Shown piece after piece: positions 1 to 9,900 of a stretch of DNA of 64,000 nucleotides. The notes under the pieces were generated by a model. The model was not told the origin of the DNA and did not search any database. It saw only the letters and a program-made list of their open reading frames with translations. The DNA comes from Elusimicrobiota bacterium (lineage in GTDB: Bacteria > Elusimicrobiota > Elusimicrobia > UBA1565 > JACRDR01). Location: contig JBGFSC010000021.1 of assembly GCA_041694815.1 (NCBI GenBank), positions 18,498 through 82,497 on the forward strand. Direction: 5' to 3'. How positions within the stretch are numbered: position 1 is the stretch's first letter; each line of letters starts with the position of its first letter. The position numbers and the translations under genes are program-made.

Positions 1-1269
1 GAACTGATTGAATGAGATGTTGGCGTTATACCAGGACACTGGAAAGACGGTCAGGTTGCCGTCATAAGTGAGACGGTTGCCGATCACTGCGGGAGCCCCA
101 AAGGTAATGAAATTCGGTCCCGCGCGTTGGATGAAGGTCTTGATCTTAAAGAAGGAGTGCTCCCAGGAGATATCCCCCCGCCATGCCTTGTCCTGGGCTC
201 CGGCCTTGGTGGTGTCCGCGAAGAAGCGGTCGATCTGGTAGGCTCCCGAAAAGGAAAGCTTGGGGCGAGGATTCCATGCCAGCGTCCCTCCATAGCCGCT
301 ATTTTTCTGCGCCGCCAGGGTAGGGCCTCGATAATTCGGGGATTTGGGATCGGTGCTGAGCGATCCGGTCTCATCGGCGCTTAGGAAATAATTGATCGAG
401 GCGCGCAGGTTCCATGGCAGCTCGCGGCCGAGCTTGGCCCCGTAAAGCGAGCGGGCGTAACGGCCGTTGACCGTCAGGGTGCCCGGCTGCGAGGTGATGG
501 TCTGCCCTCCCAGTACCGTCCACTCCCAATCGTTGCGCCGTTGCTCCAAGGCCGCGCCGCGCATACCCTGGCCGGCGACCGAAAGGGGGCCAAGCACCGG
601 CGCGACGTCGCCGGCATAGATCGTGCCCCAGGGGGCGTAATAGGTGGCTAGGATGATGGCGGGGTCGAACACGTTGCCCGGTAGATGCCGCAGGTACGCG
701 TTGATGAGGTAGGAGGAGTCGCGCAGCTTACCCACCGCGTTGAGGCTGGTCGCGCCTTGATGATTGCTCCAGCCGTTCCGGCTGAAATTCTTGTAAAACG
801 CGGTGATGTTGCCTTCCAAACGATAATTGACCACCTCGGGAGGCGGCGGGATGGGACGTTCGACGACTTGGAAAGGCTTGAAATCGGATTGGATCAACGT
901 GCGCCCTTCCTTAATGAGAAAGACGCGGTAGAGATGCCTTCCAAACATCGTCGGAGGAACCGGGAAGGGCACCGAGATGGAGGCGACGCCGCCAGGCGCC
1001 ACCGCCTCGCGCGGCGAGATCTGCTCGGTCCGAGCGACCATTTGATTCTCGAGATCATAGATCTCGGCATACCAATAATAGCTTCCGCCTTCCCAGCTCA
1101 GCGCTCCCGTGTTGACCGCCAAGGCTTGGATGGAGAGCACCTCACCCGCGGGCACCGGATCAGGAGCGGGAATCGTGAATTGAAGGCTGGCCGAATCGGT
1201 GGTTTGCGCCGCGGCGTGGCGGAGGCAGAAGGCAAGCGCGAAGACGAGGAGACTAACTCGCCGGCGCAT
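1..1269 (-). CDS. Exported outer-membrane beta-barrel-like protein with N-terminal Ig-like domain (partial, runs off left edge)
   Basis: Not in the ORF track. Hand translation from ATG at 1269 is open to position 1: MRRRVSLLVFALAFCLRHAAAQ (signal peptide), Ig-like segment, Pro linker (RPIPPPPE), then alternating beta-strand pattern (..GTIYAGDV..GMRGAALEQ..WRGDISWE..). Confidence 0.75.
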   Translation of the reverse strand, partial: MRRRVSLLVFALAFCLRHAAAQTTDSASLQFTIPAPDPVPAGEVLSIQALAVNTGALSWEGGSYYWYAEIYDLENQMVARTEQISPREAVAPGGVASISVPFPVPPTMFGRHLYRVFLIKEGRTLIQSDFKPFQVVERPIPPPPEVVNYRLEGNITAFYKNFSRNGWSNHQGATSLNAVGKLRDSSYLINAYLRHLPGNVFDPAIILATYYAPWGTIYAGDVAPVLGPLSVAGQGMRGAALEQRRNDWEWTVLGGQTITSQPGTLTVNGRYARSLYGAKLGRELPWNLRASINYFLSADETGSLSTDPKSPNYRGPTLAAQKNSGYGGTLAWNPRPKLSFSGAYQIDRFFADTTKAGAQDKAWRGDISWEHSFFKIKTFIQRAGPNFITFGAPAVIGNRLTYDGNLTVFPVSWYNANISFNQF

Positions 1270-1325
1270 GGTGTCGTACAAAGGAACTCATTTCAAAAAC
1301 AGCCTCCGTACCGCTAAACGACAGC

Positions 1326-1376
1326 TTTTACGCGCTTTGAGCGCGTGACTCGTCGCGCTTCGCGCGACGAGTTCGA
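1326..1376. repeat. Intergenic double-hairpin repeat, copy A
   Basis: TTTT-ACGCGCT ttg AGCGCGT-g-ACTCGTCGCGC ttc GCGCGACGAGT-TCGA. Related copies at 26631 and 42206. Confidence 0.8.
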
Positions 1377-1396
1377 GTTTCCTCGCGAGTATTCCG

Positions 1397-2131
1397 CTAC
1401 TGCTTCTCAAACTTCAACTTAATCGACTTCTGCTTGCCCCCCTTATCGATCATGTTGAGCTCGAGATTCCGTATCCGATCCGCTTCCTTATTGAGTCTCT
1501 CGATATTCTGGTCCAGGTTGACCGGCAACAACTGGCTTTGCCAATTGCCGTAATCATTGGCGCCCATCGGCCGCGGCGCCTCAGGCGCCTGACCGGCCCC
1601 CCCGACCTGGGTCATCTCCCCTGCCTTGAGCGACGATCTCCCCTGGTCGTTGTAGACATCGACCAATCCCTCGTAGACCTTGACCGTCATCCGCTTGCCG
1701 ATGTCGACGTCGGCCTCCGTTCCGCGCACCGAGGCCACCGCGATCGGCCCCCGCATCAATAGTCCCGCGTGTCCGTGCAAAAGGCGCGTCCACGCCTGGC
1801 CCAGCTTGGTCTTAAGGCTGGCGGGCTTCGAACCCCCGCCAGACTCGACCTCGAAGCTCGAGTTCTCGTTGATGCGGAACTCCGCTCCGCCAATGAGCGC
1901 CAAGGACACGCGCTCGCCGTTGCGAGTCTCAATGGTGTCTCCCTCGTAGACGAACTGATTAAGCTTGAGGGCCTTCATGCCTGCCTTGTCGGCTGATTGA
2001 ACCCTTGGCTTGCCAACGATCGCCACGACGACCCCCGCCGCGGGGCGCTGAGCCCAGGCGGGCTGCGCCGCGGCGAGGGCCAGCGCGCAGACAGCCGCCA
2101 GCCTACCGAACGCCATCATTAAGTTTTTCAT
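1397..2131 (-). CDS. Exported FecR-domain protein
   Basis: Signal peptide; FecR-like motifs EGDTIET..FRINENS and AVASVRGTE..VKVYEGLVDV; GGAGG SD. Confidence 0.8.
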   Translation of the reverse strand: MKNLMMAFGRLAAVCALALAAAQPAWAQRPAAGVVVAIVGKPRVQSADKAGMKALKLNQFVYEGDTIETRNGERVSLALIGGAEFRINENSSFEVESGGGSKPASLKTKLGQAWTRLLHGHAGLLMRGPIAVASVRGTEADVDIGKRMTVKVYEGLVDVYNDQGRSSLKAGEMTQVGGAGQAPEAPRPMGANDYGNWQSQLLPVNLDQNIERLNKEADRIRNLELNMIDKGGKQKSIKLKFEKQ

Positions 2132-3890
2132 TATAAGCCTCCGCTTTTTGGAATTGGACCTCGCCTTCCGGCTTGGCGATAACGCGCAAAAGATAGGGCA
2201 CGCGGCTTCGGCTCGCGGCCATCCGGGGGCCCATCACCCCGAGCATGCGCTCATGCACGACCAAACGGTAGCGCACAAGCGCCTTGCCCACTAGCTCCTG
2301 CACCGACTCGATCTCCACGCGATCGGCTCGATCCGACGGATTGGCCAGGATGCCGATGACCGCGTATCTCTCGAAATCGATCTCGGGAGGCTCATCGTCC
2401 CTTAGGCGGCTCCACAATCGCTTAAAGCTCGAGCCGTTCTTGACGGATCCAAGGAAAATCTTATTTCCCGGGCCCGGCTCGGCCATTCCGGCCCATTCCC
2501 GCCCCACCAGGTCCTTTGCCTTCTCCTCGGTCGGAGCCGGCGGCTGAGCGGCGGGAGGCCTGGCGACGACTGGAATCAGAGGCTGGGCCCGGCGCTGGGA
2601 AGGGATATGGACCACCGGCGGACCGGTGAGATTAACTAACGCCTGTCCCTGCCTTAAGGCATCGAGGAGGGCTGCGAGCTCGTCGGCGGTCAGGCTACCG
2701 TCCATCCCGACAAGCCTGAAACCGTCCAAGGATATGCCGCGAGCCTTGAGCAACTCCTTAATTGCCTGCCAGATCTGATCGCGGGTCATCGGGGCCGAGG
2801 AGAGCCCTCCGGAGGCGGGGGCCGTCGATGAAGCGGCCTGGGTGACACTGAGCGTCTTGCAATTATTAATGACAATATCATCGAAGAGCTCCACGCAGGC
2901 AATGGCCAGGCTCTGGCTCTGCCCGGTCGGGAAGCTGGCTGTAAAATCGTATTGACGCGTGTCGCCCGGGTTCATCGAAGCGACGGTGACGGGCGTGTTA
3001 GGGGCCGGCAACCCGCCCAGGCTAAAGCGCAGCGGGAAGTTTCCCTCGCTCGTGCTGCCCTGATCCTTGATCGTGACACGGAAGGGAATGGCCCCGCCGG
3101 GACCCGGCGCGCCCGCCGCCTCCACCGCGGTGACGGCGATGTCCTTGGTCATGGCCACTAATTGCACCGAAAAGCTGAAGGGGATCTGGCTCACTCCGAT
3201 CAGATTGCCCACCGAGTCGAGGGCCTCGACCTGCCAATAATAGACGGTTCCCGCCGTCAGGCGCTGCAGGGCATCGGTCGGATTTTGGGGATATGTCAGG
3301 AAGCTCTCGCTAGCGGAGGTCGTCTGCACGAAACGGGCGTTGTAGAGCGAAGGATTGTCCGCCACCGTTACGCGGTAGCGCGAGGCGCCGCTGGAGATCC
3401 AACGAAAGGTCAAGGGATTGTCGGTTAAATCGCGGGCGCCGTTGGGCGGATAGGTCAAGAGTATGTTCGGGGACGAGACGACAAAGCTCGCCGTCTGGGT
3501 CACGGTCTGCCCGTCTAGCGTTGCGGAAGCCTGGAGATTGTAATTGCCGGGCGAGGTGTAGAACCGGGAGATGGGGATTCCCGAGACCTGGCTGGCGGCG
3601 TTGCCCACGCTTCCGGGGACGGCGTTGCCGTTATGTTCGAACACCTGGGAGCCGTTGGGACCGAAGATCTGGAAGCGAAAAACCGTGCGGCCCGAACTGG
3701 CGGCCCCGTTGAACACCCGCTGCTGTAGGGTGATGGACTCCGTATTGGTGAAGGAGGTCCGAGCCCCCCCGGTTTGGTCCAAGATCGACACCCCTTGGGC
3801 CGAGAGCAGGCCGGCCCAGGCCGTTTTCCCGACAATAGCGGTCAACGCCGCCAGCAACGCCACTGCGCTTAGAGTTTGCGGTCTCTTCAT
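2103..3890 (-). CDS. Exported multidomain protein: Ig-like, FN3-like, CARDB and C-terminal PrcB-like domain
   Basis: Signal peptide; LTYPPNG..LTFRW..YYWQVEA (FN3-like); DIAVTAV..VTIKDQG..NN (CARDB-like); PPEIDFERYAVIGI..VEIESV..PYLLRVI (PrcB_C-like). Confidence 0.65.
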   Translation of the reverse strand: MKRPQTLSAVALLAALTAIVGKTAWAGLLSAQGVSILDQTGGARTSFTNTESITLQQRVFNGAASSGRTVFRFQIFGPNGSQVFEHNGNAVPGSVGNAASQVSGIPISRFYTSPGNYNLQASATLDGQTVTQTASFVVSSPNILLTYPPNGARDLTDNPLTFRWISSGASRYRVTVADNPSLYNARFVQTTSASESFLTYPQNPTDALQRLTAGTVYYWQVEALDSVGNLIGVSQIPFSFSVQLVAMTKDIAVTAVEAAGAPGPGGAIPFRVTIKDQGSTSEGNFPLRFSLGGLPAPNTPVTVASMNPGDTRQYDFTASFPTGQSQSLAIACVELFDDIVINNCKTLSVTQAASSTAPASGGLSSAPMTRDQIWQAIKELLKARGISLDGFRLVGMDGSLTADELAALLDALRQGQALVNLTGPPVVHIPSQRRAQPLIPVVARPPAAQPPAPTEEKAKDLVGREWAGMAEPGPGNKIFLGSVKNGSSFKRLWSRLRDDEPPEIDFERYAVIGILANPSDRADRVEIESVQELVGKALVRYRLVVHERMLGVMGPRMAASRSRVPYLLRVIAKPEGEVQFQKAEAYNEKLNDGVR

Positions 3891-3921
3891 GGAATTGTCA
3901 ATGCTATTTTCGTCACTCTCA

Positions 3922-6900
3922 TTATTTCACCACCGCAATTTTCTTAGTCACCGAGGCCGTCTGCTGTTCGGAACCCCCTCTCACCTTCACCGTAAATAAA
4001 TATACGCCGGAGGCCACCCCTTCTCCCCTTGAGTTATTCAAATCCCATGCCGCGTGGTAAACGCCGGGAGCACTCGATACCATCTCGGAGCCGGGGATCT
4101 CGCGCAGCAGGTTGCCGGCGATATCGAAGATCATCACCTGGGCCTCCAGGGGTGCCAAGGACGTCGCGAAACGGATCGTCGTGGATCGGCGGGCCGGGTT
4201 CGGGAAGGCGAAGACCTTATCGTTGGGTAGGGGATTGACGACGAAACCCACGTCCTTGGTCTCGCCCTCCCCGAGCTGTATGGTATTCATCTCCGTGTAT
4301 TCGAGGCCGTTGTAGGCGCGCACCCCGTACTTACCGGGGAGCAAATTCGGGATCGTCCATCGCCCGTTAGGCGCGACCGCGACCTCCGCGGCCTTCCTGC
4401 CCTCGACATAGAGCTCGACGTGGCTCTTGGCGAAATCTTGGGCCGTGATGATCGAGGAGGCCGGGGCGTAGCGGGAGGGCGAAAATCCCCCGGACTTGGA
4501 GACGGTCAAGGTATGGAGCGTCCCTGTCAAGGTCGAGAGGGTATAGTTGACGTTGAGCACGAAGTCCACGTTCACCGAACCCACGGCGATATTATCCTGC
4601 CACACCGAGCTCGTGATGCCGTTGGCCGTCCACGTCGCCTGCAGCTTATAGACGCCGGGGGGCACGTTGTTCAAGGTGAAGCTGCCGCTGCCGTCGGCGA
4701 CGGTGAAGACGGTCTGCGAATAGCCGCTGGCCGTGCAGTCGATCTGCACCGCGGTGATGCCCTGGCTGCTCACGTTCATGACATGGCCCGTGATCTGCGT
4801 AGCGCCAAAGGCCACGGCAGCGGTCGAGTTCGAGATGCCGGACCAATTGCCGATCGTGTCCTGCACCCACATCCGGAAAAAGTACGTGGTCCCGGGCGTC
4901 AAACCGCTGATGGTCTGACTACGTTTGGTGCCGGGAATCATGTTCGCCGTTACGGTAACGACCTGGGCGTTTTGGGTCGAATAGACCACCCCCGCGGTGA
5001 AGGTCGAATACTGGACGGCGGTCTTACCCGTCGTGATCGTCCCCACCGCCCCATCGTCACCCGGAGAGGTCCAGGTCAGAAGCACCTGCCCGGCGCTGAC
5101 CGTCGTCGACGAGGCGGAGGCGCTCAAGTCCGTGACCGCCGCCGGGGGCGTGACGTCGACGGTCAATTGCGTGAGCGTGGACCCTAGCACGGCGAACGCC
5201 GTGGCCACCCCGTTGTGATTGATCGCCTGGACGTCGACGTAGTAGGTCACGTTGAGCGTCAAGCCGGAGAAGAGGGAAGAAAGGCTTAGGGTCGTGGAGC
5301 TCAAATTTCCGGCGAAGCCGTTCGTCGAGGGCGATGCGCCCGAGGAAAGCACCGCGCGGTAGCGGGTACCCGCCGGATTGCCGTTCGCCGTCCAGTTGGC
5401 CGTCAACGCGCTGCTCGAGACGTTGGTGAAGGCCGCCGCCGTCGGGACCGTGGCCAAGGTCGCCGTCGATCCAATGTTTAGGAACGCGCTTGCCGCCGCG
5501 CCGTTGGTGGCCCGCACGCGCAGGTAATGCGTCGTGTTTGGAGTAAGGGTAAAGGCGCCGCCGCCGAAGACCGCGGAGGTGCTCAACGTAGTCGAGGTCA
5601 GCAGGACTGTCGCGAAATTATCGACCGAGATCTCCGCCGCGTAGCTCGTTTGCGGACCGTTGTCTCCGGGGCTCCAACGCGCCTCCAAGGAGAATTCGGA
5701 GACGTTCGCCAGGGCCGGGACGACCGCCCCCGGCGGCGGGATTAGGGTCCGCGTGGAACCCAGGGCGACAAAGGCCGTCGACTGCGAGTAGCCCTCCGCC
5801 CGGACCTGGAAGGCATAGGTGGCACCCGGGGCGAGGCCGGAGAACACCGCCGAGGTATTGAGCGTACGGCTCGAATCGTTGACCGTATTGAAGCTGTCCG
5901 TCGATATCTGCGCCAGGTAGAAGGTGTTGGTGGAATTGCCGTTGCCCAGCCAATTGGCCGTGATGGAGTACGAGCTGATGGCCGTCTGCGCGGCGGCGAT
6001 AGGCGGCGCGGGCAGGGTCGCGGAAGAGGGCGCGGGAACGGCCGCGGTGGCCGCGCCGCTGAAGCTGATCGCCGACACCTGCAGGTAGTAGGTCGTATTG
6101 GAAGCGAGCCCGGAGAAGGTCGCCGTGCTGCTTAAGGTCTGGCTCGAGGCGCTGACCGTGGAGAAATTATCCGTCGAAACCTGGGCCAGGAAGGTCGTGC
6201 CCGCGGGATTGGAGTTCGTATTCCAGCTCATCGTAATGGCGGAAATCCCTGCGGCCACGGCGGCGGGGGAAGTCGGGGCGTTGGCGAGCGTCGCCGTCGA
6301 GCCCATGGAGGCGAAGGCCGTGGCCATGCCGTTGAAATTGAGCGCCTGGACCTCCACGAAATAGACCGTGTTCGGGGTCAGGCCGGAGAAAACCTTGGAG
6401 GTGGCGGTGACGCTCGAGAGCTGGTTGCCGCCGAAACCGTTGGTGCTAGGCGAGGCGCCGCTGGAAAGGACGACGGTATAGGTGGTGCGGTTCAATGGAT
6501 TTCCCGCATTCGACCAATTCGCCTGTAGGGAAGCCCCGGTCACCGCGGTATAGGGAAGCGCCGTCGGCAGCGCCGCCAGCGTGGCCGTCGATCCCAAGGG
6601 GACCACGGCCGTCGCGACATCGTTATTATTGATCGCCCGTACATCGACGAAATAGGTGGTGTTCGGTATCAGCGAGACAGGGGCAACGGCGAAGGAATTG
6701 AGCGTGCTGGAGCTCGCATTGCCTGCGAAGGCGTTCGTGCTGGGCGACGCGCCGGTGGAAAATACCGCCACGTAACGGGTTCCGAGGGGGTTGGTCGAAG
6801 TCCAGTTGGCCCGGATGGACTCGGAGCTCAAGGCGGTAAACAGCGGCGTATCCGCCACAGGGGCCGCGGCCAAGGTGGAGGTCGAGCCGAGTTGGATGAA

Positions 6901-9900
6901 GCCGCTCGAAAGAGAACCATTGGTTGCCTTGACCTGGAAGAAATAGGTGGTATTCGCGATGAGGGCTCCCCCGGCTCCGCCCGTGCCAAAATTCGCCGAG
7001 AGATTCGCCGTCGAAGAGCTAAAAAGAACCGGCGAGAATCCGGCGTTGTCGGCGATCTCGGCGACGTAGACGGTCCCCGGACCGTTGCCGCCGTCCGACC
7101 ACTGGACCACGATATTCGAGACATTCGTAGCTAGGAAACGCGGGGTCGCGACGGCAGGAGGCAGCGGGGTGGTGATCGTCGAGGGCAGGATCACGAAGGC
7201 CGTCGTCGCACTGTAGCCGCGAGCTTGCACTCGCGCATAGTAGGTGGTACTGGCTAGAAGGCCCGAAAAGGCTACGGAATTATTGAGAGTATCCGTAGTC
7301 GCGCTGATCTCGTTACTGCCGCTCGCCGGAGAAAAGCTCGCATAAGTCGATATTTGTGCGGTATAAACCGTATTCGTTGAATTGCTATTGCCTCCCCAAT
7401 TGAGCGTCAGTGACGTGGCCGCCACGGCGCTGGGAGCTTGGGAAATCGGTAGGGCGACCGTCGTCGCGGTCGCGGCGGCCGTCACGAAGCCCGTGGCCAG
7501 GCCGAAGCCGTTGATCGCCTCGACGCGGAGAAAATAGCTCGTGTTGGCCAACAACCCGACGAAGACCGCCGCCGTGCTCAGGGTTTGGCTGGAGTTGTTG
7601 ACGGTGGCAAAGCTGTCCGTGGAAATTTGGGCCCGGTAGAGAGTACCGACCGGATTCACGCTCGGGGACCAAACCAATACCGCCGAAGACACGCTCACAC
7701 TGGTGGTCGGGCTCATAGGATATACTGCCTGCGTAAACGTAGAACCGATAACCGTAAACGTGGAACTAACGCCGTTGTAATTGACCGCCTTGGTTCTCAG
7801 ATAATAGAGCGTGTTGGCAGCGAGGGCTGGACCATAACCCCCGGCCCCAAAGCGCGCTGAATTGCTTGCGGTCGTTGAAGATAGGTTAACGGTTACAAAG
7901 TTATCCGTGGAGATTTCCGCCACGTATAATGTGCCGGTCGGATTATTATTGGGAGTCCACACGGGTGACACCCAGCTCTCGCCGAAGACGATGTTCGAAG
8001 CGATGGGGGCGGCCGCCCATGTGACCGTAGACCCCAATGCCGCGACGCTCGTTTCGATCCCGTTATGGTTTCTCGCCCGCACGTCGAAGTAGTACGTGGT
8101 ATTGGGCGTCAAGCCGGGGCGCATCAGGCTGGTGTAGAGCGTGTTCGAGCTGAGATTGCCCGAGAATCCGTTATTGTAAGGGGATGGGCCCGTCGAGACG
8201 AGAACGGTGAAGGTCGTCTTCATCATCGGATTCCCGTTGCCGCCCCAATTGACCTGGACGGTCGTCGTATCGATGTTGCTCACGGCTGCGGCGATGGGGG
8301 CGGCGGCCAGGGTCGCGGTCGAACCCAACGGCAGCACGCTGCTCCCCAAAGCGCCATTGTTGGCCTGGACTCGGAAATAGTAGCTCGTGTTGGCGATAAG
8401 GGCCGGCCCTTCTCCCGTGGCTCCGAAAAGCGCCGAGAGGCTCAGTGTCGAGGAGGAGGCGTTGATCGTCGCGAAATCATCGGTCGAGACCTGGGCGACA
8501 TAGAGCGTCGACGGGCCGTTGCCGTTGGCGGTCCATTGCACGCTGACGCTCGATATTTCAACCTTGGTGTAGGTCGGGGAGGCAAGGCCCGGCGGCTGCG
8601 GCAGGGTGATCGTGGAAGGCAACATCACGAAGGCGGTCTCTCCCGTGAACCCCTGCGCCTTCACGCGGAAATAATAGGTATTGGCCGACAACAACCCCGC
8701 GAAGATGGCATTATTATTGAATGTCTGGCTGGATTGGCCGACTTCGGCGTTCGGGCTGCTCGGAGAGAATCCGCTATAGGTCGAAATCTGGGCGGTATAG
8801 ACAGTGTGCGTCGAGTTGCCGTTGATTCCCCAATTCGCGGTGATCTGTCCCGAGCCGACTCCGCTTGGCGCCAAGGCGACGGGAGCGGCGACCAATGTCG
8901 CCGTGGTCAATGCCGAGGTGAAGGAGGTTCCCGTCCCCCCGCTGTTGAGCGCCTGCACCTTTAGGTAATAGGTCGCGTTAGACGTCAGTCCCGCGAAGGT
9001 CGCCGTGGAGCCGAAGGTGACGCTAGAGGCGTTCACGCTGCCGAAGCTATCGGTGGATATCTGCGCGTTATAGAGAGTCCACGTAGAGTTGGCATTGGTA
9101 TTCCACGTCAAGGAGATCGAGGTAACGTTGGTCGCGAGGGACGCGCTCGTGGGCGGGTTGGCCAGCGTGCTCGTCGAGCCCAGGGCGGTGAAGCTGGAGC
9201 TCACATTGTCGGCGCTGATGGCCTTGACCTTGAGGAAATAGGTCGTGTTCGCCAGAAGGGCGGGGCCGAAACCGCCCGTGCCGAATTGGGCGAATGAGTT
9301 TACGGTGGTCGAGGCAAGATTAAGCGAGATGAAATTATCCGTTGAGATTTCGGCGACGTACTGGGTTCCGACCGGATTGCCGTTGGCGTTCCAGTTGGCG
9401 CGGAGGCCGGCCGCAGACACGTTACTGAAGGCGGCGGCACCGGGAGGAGCCGCGCGAGTCCTCGTGGAGCCGATCGAGGCGTAATCCGTCTCGGTGCCGT
9501 AGGTATTCCTGGCCTTGGCGCGGAGATAATAGAGGGTGTTCGGGATAAGGCCGAGGGCGCTGCTAGAACCCATTACCCCCCACGCGGAGATCTGATCCCC
9601 GGGGAAGTTGAAAGCCGCGCTGGAGGAGATTTGGAAGCGGTATTCGGTGCTTCCCGGATTATTATTGGCGCCCCACTGGAAGGTGACGGAATCGGCGTGG
9701 ATGGACAAAAACGGGGCGGCGAGTTCCAGCGGCTGGGCGGCGAACGTATAGGTCGAGAAGGAGGGCGATTCGGGGCTTTCCGTGCCGGCGGCGTTGCGGC
9801 TCTTGGCCTTGAAGGTGTAGAGCGTGTTCGGGGTCAGGCCGTTGAACACCGCGGAAACGCCGGGGTCGTACTCCTCGTTGCGATTATGCCCCGTGCCGTC

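Noticed and set aside
1250..1307. GGAGG followed by a 13-codon minus-strand ORF overlapping the barrel gene start
   Set aside because: Too short, SD spacing is long (11 nt), and nothing supports a leader-peptide role.
685..1317. 210-aa plus-strand ORF (and 84-384 ORFs)
   Set aside because: Antisense or out-of-frame to the minus-strand barrel gene at 1-1269.
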